Shown piece after piece: positions 26,701 to 33,867 of a stretch of 33,867 bases of DNA. A model generated the notes under the pieces. The model was given only the letters and a program-made list of their open reading frames with translations. It searched no databases and was not told the DNA's origin. This DNA is from a virus (Duplodnaviria > Caudoviricetes): positions 1 through 33,867 of the IMG/VR virus record IMGVR_UViG_3300042808_000115; one strand, written 5' to 3'. Positions within the stretch are counted from its first letter, which is position 1. Every line of letters starts with the position of its first letter. Made by a program: the position numbers and the translations under genes.

Positions 26701-27963
26701 TCTACAGGAAACGCATTAACCGCACTTGCTGCACTATGCAACCCGGTAACTGCACCGTTTGTCCTTCTTGGTGCAGCGATTGCATATGTAAAGGATCACC
26801 TTACCAGCATCCCTGATCTTATTGCACCGGTCAAGAATGCATTCAGTGGTCTTGGAGATACAGTAAAACTCCTTGCCATGGTGAGTAACCCGTTCGGATT
26901 GATGCTGCTCGGTATCAATATGGTCTCAAAGGGTGTTGATGCTGTTACAGCATCCCTGAAGAATGTGAGCATATCATCGATCGTGAACAGTATCAAGAAC
27001 GATCTGAAACCTGCACTTGATCTGATCAATGCCGGACTTGGTGCAGTATCAAAGACTGTTGATACCGCGAGTTCAGGGTTTACATCCCTGATGAAGATCA
27101 TATCATCTATCAGTGTAGCCGGGGTGGTATCTGCAATATCAAGTATACCAGGTCAGATCATGGGATCGTTCTCATCCATCCTGAACATATCAGACATCAT
27201 CAAGAACACTGTATCATACATCAATGATCTCAAGACCACGACCGGTGATGTGTTTACCAGTCTGTTTGGAGGGATTGCAAACACCATCATCAACTCGGTG
27301 AAGTATATCAATGAGGTATTCGGGTTCATCATCTCTATCATGGATAAGATACTGAATCCATTCAAGACACTTCGTGATATCATCATGTATCTCTCTGAAA
27401 AGTTCAAGATATTCAGGGATATTGCCGATTCAGTCAAAGATGTGTTTGACAAGATCAAGAATGCGTTACAGGGTGTTACTGATACGGTCAATGCTATCAT
27501 CGATAAGATCAAGCAGCTCATCGATCAGTTCAACAGTATTAAACCTCCAGACTGGGCAATGAAGATCCTGCAGGGTAATATTGGTGGAGCAGCCGCGGAT
27601 GTTGCCACTGATGCGGTCAAATCCTTTACAAAGAAGGAGAGTATCACAAATGTTGTCACAAATACCCATCAGGTGATAGACAACACCAAGCGTGAAACCT
27701 CCATAACTCCTGCTGATAACGCTGAAGCATTGGCAAAGATGAACAACCATCTTCAGAACATATCAGATAAGACCGGATCAGGAGGGAATACATTTGACAT
27801 GTCTGGAATGAGTATGTCGTTCAGCCTTCCGTCACAGGATCTTGCAGAAGCGATCAACAAGGGAACCGTGGATGTTGAGAAGTTAGGCCAGGCGATCGCA
27901 CGGATCACCAAGGATCAGATCATCGGATACATCAACCATGAAATGGAAACATGGGGTATATAA
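23773..27963 (+). CDS. Tape measure protein
   Basis: 1396 aa; helical, Ala/Ile-rich with hydrophobic segments; canonical position. Confidence 0.92.
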   Translation: MEQNGSDAYYNLKFSDNAEETFKSILKIVDDSTKKIEASFTKFTESIDQKTLETLKTIQTRIQDTVDNLDIKIDIPPVDIKLQAPPEAVNDLIKGVQDAVGKDWKLTVPVDITPTVVLKSFLENQKEEAAQDLMKDLPHLEIPMYPKIDWTGITEQITSQILPLIVDTSDIKQQISVITVPVDADLSLIKEQISTLSIPIDTDTTSLQQKLSNIVVPITAEITNINNKVDSLIIPASVDLTEIQNTVKDITVPVKADLSAFTASVTKIKPVKIPVSLEFKEGDNVDATVGKANDLSVAFGSITGKVQEMAKQVTGSIGDISAALDTLYSKYGGLLDKIIDPDKTIAEQSKQTIADLQASVIKLTEDLDIANKKLKDGFKDSEEESDKVRKGIDESALAAVEAAEYFEKMSDRIVSYFKEGMAQIAENAREALRLTAMVGEQTDKVIEEGLRATKGLLDDGDIAKFNSQLSAMFVSSKQMPEVMKTVADYAHQMKISMSQAFSEVTNFMTNGLSAEDFRKQFGERGREAQLAFNEEMKKAQQEMNLSGTWNTLSREDRSAVRAKAMDAVLRQFGQASEGPDTLAESFTRLNTNIDTLQQKLSGPFTNALGMILKPVNAVLEMIDALPEPILAVIGMVATLASGLIVGTIAIIGYYKATEILGLNLKNVLAMLMQFKNAVLVTIPAQIQATIATIARTTATLAGMAADEAATIASGGLMASLNLIKTNAVAAAIALGQKTVAVVSGIAADVAATISTIGLSGAFFTLTGALGTATAAMVAFIVSAAPILVPIAAITAAIYLLWDVFNKGWDKSLLGGFFVWLSQYIPQVTPVIEGFGRVFQWLSETGGKAIKYLGEVWDSFVKGAMLVLQPAYEMFQELMKIVLEFLGIKIDNASISDMFTAFISECDKFIKFLKDSGILDALKEIAKWVGIVAAVLTIVAVAPFIASILAVIAVLKVIIDAIKFLVDLFNSFMKACGSTGNALTALAALCNPVTAPFVLLGAAIAYVKDHLTSIPDLIAPVKNAFSGLGDTVKLLAMVSNPFGLMLLGINMVSKGVDAVTASLKNVSISSIVNSIKNDLKPALDLINAGLGAVSKTVDTASSGFTSLMKIISSISVAGVVSAISSIPGQIMGSFSSILNISDIIKNTVSYINDLKTTTGDVFTSLFGGIANTIINSVKYINEVFGFIISIMDKILNPFKTLRDIIMYLSEKFKIFRDIADSVKDVFDKIKNALQGVTDTVNAIIDKIKQLIDQFNSIKPPDWAMKILQGNIGGAAADVATDAVKSFTKKESITNVVTNTHQVIDNTKRETSITPADNAEALAKMNNHLQNISDKTGSGGNTFDMSGMSMSFSLPSQDLAEAINKGTVDVEKLGQAIARITKDQIIGYINHEMETWGI

Positions 27964-28643
27964 TGACAGATTATGATACTATCAGGGAGAATTATGATTA
28001 TTCTCTCACTCGTGCAGCATGCGCATTTGTTGCAACAGATACTGATGTTACCACGTATACAGACGAAGACGGGAATGTCGTGACCATCAACTGGTGTGCA
28101 GAAGATAACCAGGAGATCTATACACAACAGATCATGATCGGTACTCTGACATTTATTGCAACGTTAGCGGTATCATACAGTGAATCTGCAGATATTCCTA
28201 CTCATCGGGTTGAGAACGGATATGAGATCTCTGATCATGTCAACATCAAACCAACACAGATGACTGCAAAACTTCAACTTGTGCGAAGGAGAGAAGAGCT
28301 TGAACAGTTGATGGCGATGTACGTCAAGAAAGAACTTGTTACGGTTGTAACCGGTACAGGCTCGTTCAAGAATATGGCTATCGTAAGCATCAATTTTGAT
28401 GAAGACTCGTCTGTGAATACCTACCCATGCACCGTACAACTTGCAGAGATCAAGTATGCAAAAGTATTGAAAGGTACCGTGACCAAGAGTTCTGCGGTTC
28501 GCACCGATGCAGGTACAAATACATCAACCATTAAAAATGCGATGGGATATACGTCAGATGACGGTACTGTTGTAAATAGGCAGTATCTTGCAGTAAAGTC
28601 CACACAGAAGAATGGATCAGCGGTAGGGAATACGGTGTATTAA
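27963..28643 (+). CDS. Baseplate/tail tube initiator (Dit-like) protein
   Basis: IPTHRVENGYEISDHV..KP and LVTVVTG...FKNMAIVSI motifs; TAATG coupling. Confidence 0.8.
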   Translation: MTDYDTIRENYDYSLTRAACAFVATDTDVTTYTDEDGNVVTINWCAEDNQEIYTQQIMIGTLTFIATLAVSYSESADIPTHRVENGYEISDHVNIKPTQMTAKLQLVRRREELEQLMAMYVKKELVTVVTGTGSFKNMAIVSINFDEDSSVNTYPCTVQLAEIKYAKVLKGTVTKSSAVRTDAGTNTSTIKNAMGYTSDDGTVVNRQYLAVKSTQKNGSAVGNTVY

Positions 28644-28644
28644 C

Positions 28645-28938
28645 ATGACCGGGGTATCAATAAAATCATACGCAGGGCAGAGTTATCCACAACAGGTATC
28701 GGCATATATCAAAGGCGTATCATATACGATCCAGTTCAGATACAATGTTCTCTTCGGGTTTTTTACTATAGATGTCTATAACGCTGCAAATAAACTGTTA
28801 TTTCGTGGAAAGATCGTTGAAGGTAACGGGTATGTTATCACCGATAAAGTAGTGAATGCCAGGAGTACAACCACAGTAACATACACCTTATATGTATCAA
28901 GCATATCGAGTGATAGCTGCACTCTGGTGGCGATATGA
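28645..28938 (+). CDS. Small baseplate protein
   Basis: PQQ...I.G.SY.IQFRYN...FFTIDVY pattern; position. Confidence 0.7.
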   Translation: MTGVSIKSYAGQSYPQQVSAYIKGVSYTIQFRYNVLFGFFTIDVYNAANKLLFRGKIVEGNGYVITDKVVNARSTTTVTYTLYVSSISSDSCTLVAI

Positions 28939-30698
28939 GTACAATTCCACAGGAGTGCATCGAGAACGAGTGCTGGTGTCTGCGGAAGTATATCGATAAG
29001 TCATCGAACACGTCAGAGATCAAGTATGCGTGTGCCGGAGATCCGTCATTGTCCCCTGGGGAGGTCACCTATCTTGATGATTATACAGGAACTGCATGTC
29101 AGTGGCAACGGTATAATGATGACAATGCATCTACTGATGATAGTTCTGTCATAACCATAACACCGAGTGCTAAAAAGGGTGTTCGTCCGGACAAGATCAT
29201 CTTCACGGTAGAGAACTCATCTGAAGACAAGACGATAACCGCGATAAAATGGAAGTTTGGAGAGGATACAGGCTCGGTGCAGTATGTTGACGATCAGTCT
29301 GATATGTCATATTATCATATATTTCTCGTATCAGGTGAGTTCACCGTCTCTGCACTTGTCACCTTTGATAACAACACATATGAACTCGTCACCCTCAAGG
29401 ATAAGATAACAATAACCGAGCCTGACGAGGTGTCAGAGCCTGTCATCACCGAGGTGAAGACAGATACCAAGTATATCTACCGTGTGGTTGAGGTGGTTAT
29501 CTGTACTCTTCCAACAGACGGGGAGTCTGACAGCACATACTACTTGTTTCGCTATCCGAGTATCACGGTATACTCTGCCCGTCCTACCGGAGGACAGTTC
29601 ACCTATACCTACTCTGATGATATGATTACAAATCAGGGTATCTATGACGGGCATGATATCATGTTTGACGTCACCTGTAATACGAATGGAAATGCCAACT
29701 CTGCAGAGGTGAGGGTGTATAATATTCCGAAAGAGATCAGGCATAAAATATCTGACAGGAACCTTCCGATACAGATATCTGCAGGATATAAAGATAACTT
29801 TGAGGTCATCTTTGACGGTTCAACAGATGTCGTATACACAACCGTGGAAGGTCTTGATACCGTCACCACGATCAGATGTACAGACTCGATAAGCAACCTG
29901 TATACTGATGTTCATAACAAGATGAACGACCATGAGTATCCTCCAGGCACAGATTATAGCGTTATTATACGGGATGCCGTTGATGAACTCGGCGGTTCGG
30001 TAAAGATCGATGATATAGAAGAGTCTGGATATGTCACCTCCAAATGGGAGACCTATGTCGGAAAACCGTATCAGATCATTGAGGAGGTCACCAGAAAACT
30101 GAACGGGTTTCTTATCGCTGACAACAACAAGAAGATGATGGATGATCCCAGATACTCTGATATAGAACGGTATGGAATGATGATGGTTCCTACAGAACCT
30201 GATAAGTTCATCTGGTTTAACCGGAAAGATACCGGGTTTAAGTTCTGTAAGAAGAGCTCACTCAGTAAATCTGGAGAGGAGACTACTGATACAGAATCCA
30301 CAACATCTACAAACGTATTTATATTCAATGTCAATACCGGGCTTATATCATATGAGCCTGATAACTGTGTTGAGATGGCAGCCGGATACTCATGGACCGC
30401 AAAGGTCCTGCTCACTCCAAGTATTAATGTCGGAGATAAGGTATATATTCAGTCTATTGTATATGGTGAGACTGACAAGGATTCCAAGGCCATCACACCG
30501 GTGAGCCTCAGGGCTACCACAGTTCATCATACAGGATCCACGTTCGGCCAGGAGTACTATACAACCATCAAAGGAGAGATGGATCAGTTGTCAACAAGTG
30601 GAGAGACTCTTACCGGATACGGAGAGGTTGATACTACGGTGAGTAAAGGGTATACAAGACTTGATAACTATACAAAATCTAATATAGTAGGAGGATAA
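28935..30698 (+). CDS. Baseplate hub protein with N-terminal PKD-like domain
   Basis: NSAEVRVYNI...IQISAGY..IFDG...D..TTIRC.D and KVLLTPSINVGD motifs; WKFGE...HIF..SGEFTVS PKD signature. Confidence 0.8.
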   Translation: MSTIPQECIENECWCLRKYIDKSSNTSEIKYACAGDPSLSPGEVTYLDDYTGTACQWQRYNDDNASTDDSSVITITPSAKKGVRPDKIIFTVENSSEDKTITAIKWKFGEDTGSVQYVDDQSDMSYYHIFLVSGEFTVSALVTFDNNTYELVTLKDKITITEPDEVSEPVITEVKTDTKYIYRVVEVVICTLPTDGESDSTYYLFRYPSITVYSARPTGGQFTYTYSDDMITNQGIYDGHDIMFDVTCNTNGNANSAEVRVYNIPKEIRHKISDRNLPIQISAGYKDNFEVIFDGSTDVVYTTVEGLDTVTTIRCTDSISNLYTDVHNKMNDHEYPPGTDYSVIIRDAVDELGGSVKIDDIEESGYVTSKWETYVGKPYQIIEEVTRKLNGFLIADNNKKMMDDPRYSDIERYGMMMVPTEPDKFIWFNRKDTGFKFCKKSSLSKSGEETTDTESTTSTNVFIFNVNTGLISYEPDNCVEMAAGYSWTAKVLLTPSINVGDKVYIQSIVYGETDKDSKAITPVSLRATTVHHTGSTFGQEYYTTIKGEMDQLSTSGETLTGYGEVDTTVSKGYTRLDNYTKSNIVGG

Positions 30699-33532
30699 TG
30701 TCAGCAGATACAAGCGCAAATAGTGCAACACTCGGGCAACGGTTATTAACATTATCTGAGCGACAGGTTCAAAAGGTCAATACAATCGATCTGGTTATTG
30801 TTAAATCTGTTGATCTCGATACCATGCGTGCCGATGTTGTGCTGAAACGTAAGGTGGGTGGGAAGGTCATAAAGATACTGGGATGCCCGGTGTTCGGACT
30901 TGGAAGCTCTACATCGTCGATGATCTCTATTCCAAAGGATGGAGATGTGATGATCATCATGTACGCTAAGTACGAGCTCGATGAGCAGCTCAAACGCAGG
31001 GATACGCAGACGATCAACGAGATGACATTCTTTGATCTTAATAATGCATTTCTTATCGGAGGGGTATTTTCGATATCCACGCTTCCATATGATGATATAT
31101 GGTCTGTATCACAGAATAAAGACTGTAAATTTACACAAAAACTGTTATCAAACTTTACGTCAGAGAATGCACGATCCAACATCATATACTCATCCAACTT
31201 TTATGATAAGACGTTAGCATCTATCAAGAATCCATTACGAAGTAAAGATACCTGTAAGTCGTGGACTGACCTGAACCTGAAGGATGACCAGGCTCCGATC
31301 GTCACCGGTGAGAAGTATAACACCTGCTCAGGACTTGTTGTGTCTGAAGAGGAGATCATGTACAAGATCCTGAAGTGGTCGTTTCCGTCAGATGAGTTCT
31401 CATACTACAATGAAGACGCGACAAACGATGCAGAGAAGACCGTCCCGATCATAGCAAATCATCCGTCATGCGGTGATAATCCACAAAAACCGTGTTTATC
31501 CCCTATCTATTATACTACGCATGAGGTTGTGATCACCGGTGCAGGTATCGAGATCTATACCAGGACACCGTGTGAACGTGCTCTCATAGAGAATGACACC
31601 ACCGATAAACCGGTGTATCCTATTGTCAGAACAGATCTCATCACACAGACCGGTTCAACCACGATCGTGAAGAAACTCATCTGCAAGCTGAATGGTGTAG
31701 ACACCACCTGTGATACGTGTTATAACCTGTATAAATGCAGTCCTCCTGAAATGACCGATGTCCCGGTATTTCAGATGTATATGAAGGAGGTTGCTGATAT
31801 CCCGACAAAGTCATGGGATGAACGTGATAATCCTGATACTGAAGATTCATCCTCGTCGTCATTGAAAGATACGATCTTTGATGAGCCCACCACCTATACA
31901 TCCCGGGAAGAGACAGACTCTGATTACGTAAAAGGCACTACTACAGAAGAGACCACGATGGGGATGGACTGGACTGCAGATGCACAGGGATCTGCATATG
32001 AGGTGTATATTCAGTCATTGATTCCGTACCTTGAGACTACAACAGAGCAGGAAGCGCTCGGGGATACAGACGGGCGTATGTTCTGGACCCGAAGATCAGA
32101 GATGGTGTGCAACCCGGTGCGGGCAAGGTTCAAGGCAGACCGGAGGATTAATAACGGGTATGCTACCGCAGAAGAGGGTGACACCACAAAGATGGTGGAC
32201 TCTACCATATTCTCAAACGTGCTTGATGTGTATATCGATGGAGCACAGGAGGTCACTACATCACCTGAGATAGGGATCCTGTGCAGGCGGCCTGATAAGT
32301 ACACAAAACGGTTCAATGCAATATACCAGTCAAACATATCATCTATTGCTGCATCAGCCTCTATCCTATCTATCAATACAACAGACCCTGATGGGAACTA
32401 TGTAATCACGTCAGCAACATCAAATGAGACATGCGGGTTTGTAAACAGTGTAGATCGCCTTGTAGAGGTTGTAAAAAGTGCAAGTGATCTTGCAGATGTG
32501 CAGAGTCAGGACCCTCAGCATATGGGCCATAATAATCTGTATATGAAGGATGAGAAGGGGTATGTTGATGTTTATGCCAGGGACGAGGTGTCTGTTAAAA
32601 CAGATGGGGATATGTACCTTACAGCGAAGGGTGATATGGTCATTGAAGGAGAGAACATCTTTTTAAACAGCGTAAACACCAAGATAGCCAACTCTGCAGG
32701 TACCATGAGCCAGTGCTGTGCAACGGTACGTAAATGTCTATATAACCCTAGAAATATCATAGGACAATCGTATGCCGCTCCTGCAGCAAGTACCCTTCAG
32801 CAGTTTACTAAAGGCTCGCAGGTATACCTGTCAGATGCTCTGAATAACTATCTGAAGATGGGAAACGGGAAGTACGAACCTGTAAGTTTAGAGGACGTGA
32901 TAGATGCGTATAATGAAAAAAACGGAACCTCGTATGAAGTGACCTCTGACGGGATCACTGATGGGGCAGGGAACTCATTAAATGAGGCATTTAACTCACT
33001 CATCTATACATCAAAAGATTATATGCAGAGTTCAGAGTCTGACTCACTTGATACTGATACCTCTACCTATAGTATCCTGCAGAAGATAGTCAATGGCACT
33101 GCATCTGATTACGAGTATACCGAGTATACTGAGTCACTGTATAACGATGCTGTCAGTGAGTATCAGACCGCTGTAAATACACTGTATACAAAGATAGAGG
33201 TATATAACAAGACACTCGACGCAGCGGCCACCGATGGATCATCAGACTGGGTGACTGTTGGAACAGCGAAGAACAACCTCTATACCGGGTATGCAGCCTG
33301 TTTTGGTGAGGCTGACACCTCATATCTGAACTATTTAAAGAGCGTTGATGATACATTTGATCCCACGTACTGGTTTGATGACAACGGTGTAGCATATCTG
33401 TCTGATGCATATGAAGAAAGTTATGTTAAAACTGCTGTAGCAGAACTCAAATCAAAGAGCGGTGACGCTTATACCTCTGCCAAAACGCAGTATACATCTC
33501 TCAAGTCTGACTTCGGTGAGACCAGCGACTGA
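30698..33532 (+). CDS. Baseplate spike protein (Gp138/gpV-like) with large insertion and C-terminal extension
   Basis: N-terminal OB fold (CPV...IPKDGD..II...FDLNNAFLIGG); beta-helix repeat ending GENIFLN at about aa 610-657. Confidence 0.75.
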   Translation: MSADTSANSATLGQRLLTLSERQVQKVNTIDLVIVKSVDLDTMRADVVLKRKVGGKVIKILGCPVFGLGSSTSSMISIPKDGDVMIIMYAKYELDEQLKRRDTQTINEMTFFDLNNAFLIGGVFSISTLPYDDIWSVSQNKDCKFTQKLLSNFTSENARSNIIYSSNFYDKTLASIKNPLRSKDTCKSWTDLNLKDDQAPIVTGEKYNTCSGLVVSEEEIMYKILKWSFPSDEFSYYNEDATNDAEKTVPIIANHPSCGDNPQKPCLSPIYYTTHEVVITGAGIEIYTRTPCERALIENDTTDKPVYPIVRTDLITQTGSTTIVKKLICKLNGVDTTCDTCYNLYKCSPPEMTDVPVFQMYMKEVADIPTKSWDERDNPDTEDSSSSSLKDTIFDEPTTYTSREETDSDYVKGTTTEETTMGMDWTADAQGSAYEVYIQSLIPYLETTTEQEALGDTDGRMFWTRRSEMVCNPVRARFKADRRINNGYATAEEGDTTKMVDSTIFSNVLDVYIDGAQEVTTSPEIGILCRRPDKYTKRFNAIYQSNISSIAASASILSINTTDPDGNYVITSATSNETCGFVNSVDRLVEVVKSASDLADVQSQDPQHMGHNNLYMKDEKGYVDVYARDEVSVKTDGDMYLTAKGDMVIEGENIFLNSVNTKIANSAGTMSQCCATVRKCLYNPRNIIGQSYAAPAASTLQQFTKGSQVYLSDALNNYLKMGNGKYEPVSLEDVIDAYNEKNGTSYEVTSDGITDGAGNSLNEAFNSLIYTSKDYMQSSESDSLDTDTSTYSILQKIVNGTASDYEYTEYTESLYNDAVSEYQTAVNTLYTKIEVYNKTLDAAATDGSSDWVTVGTAKNNLYTGYAACFGEADTSYLNYLKSVDDTFDPTYWFDDNGVAYLSDAYEESYVKTAVAELKSKSGDAYTSAKTQYTSLKSDFGETSD

Positions 33533-33542
33533 TTCTTATATA
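33527..33542 (+). promoter_or_regulatory. Putative late promoter GACT-N4-CTTATATA
   Basis: 25 nt upstream of ATG 33568. Confidence 0.65.
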
Positions 33543-33567
33543 CTCTCTTTTTCAATACGTTTACACA

Positions 33568-33867
33568 ATGAAGACCGTACGTTTAACATCATCCGGGGAT
33601 ATGGATATCCAGTCTATGTTTGTAACCGGATCTGATATGGTTAAACAGAACGTAATAATGTACTTTAAGACCAAACGTAACAGTTTTACATTTGATCAGG
33701 ATTACGGGAGTAACGTCACAACCGTTACTGATAAAGGGCTTCTTAAACAGATGGTACGATCTGAACTTGAGGCGATATCAGGAGTATATAAGGTGCTCAA
33801 TATCAGTGTGTCCATCGATCGAAACAGTGCATCAGGAACGTACTCGCTTATCCTTGATTATTATACA
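33568..33867 (+). CDS. Baseplate wedge protein, gp25/W-like (partial, runs off the window)
   Basis: MKTVRLTSSGD...GSDMVKQNV..YFKT....F.FDQDYGS...ELEAISGVYKV. Confidence 0.8.
   Translation, partial: MKTVRLTSSGDMDIQSMFVTGSDMVKQNVIMYFKTKRNSFTFDQDYGSNVTTVTDKGLLKQMVRSELEAISGVYKVLNISVSIDRNSASGTYSLILDYYT

Noticed and set aside
24249-27750. Long antisense ORFs opposite the tape measure gene (and similar shadows elsewhere)
   Set aside because: Explained by codon bias of the sense gene; no RBS, promoter or protein motifs
32520-32540. GHN in the spike as a possible intein C-terminus
   Set aside because: Followed by N rather than C/S/T; no intein N-terminal block or LAGLIDADG motifs seen
21258-33867. 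Extracellular contractile injection system or tailocin rather than a virus
   Set aside because: Linked protease, capsid and head-tail joining genes indicate a complete virion module
1-33867. tRNA genes, integrase, reverse transcriptase/DGR, terminase or portal
   Set aside because: None recognised by eye in this window; tRNAscan-SE and profile searches would be needed to exclude them formally

Overview
This window is the morphogenesis region of a head-tailed virus with a contractile (myovirus-type) tail. It almost certainly infects an archaeon, probably a methanogen (Methanomicrobiales/Methanosarcinales-like). The host call rests on TATA/BRE promoters, short or absent leaders, GGTGA/GAGG Shine-Dalgarno sites, a methanogen-style multi-PAS protein and a PKD domain. 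Gene order: two large cargo-like ORFs, prohead protease/scaffold, decoration protein and major capsid protein; then an ~11 kb accessory block (HNH endonuclease, HD-CoaD fusion, radical SAM-like protein, HTH proteins, zincin peptidase, PAS protein); then neck, sheath, tube, chaperones, tape measure, baseplate hub, a very large spike and a truncated gp25-like wedge gene. Most notable is a dispersed family of unrelated proteins (HD hydrolase, zincin peptidase, a small basic protein, a repeat protein) sharing N-terminal addressing elements. These are a 13-aa leader ending in DL and/or a ~30-aa Y...PxG...Y module, and three of the four genes have a visible virus-specific GAC-N5-TATA promoter. I infer a virion cargo-loading/polymorphic effector system. 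All family calls come from motif recognition by eye; no database searches were run.
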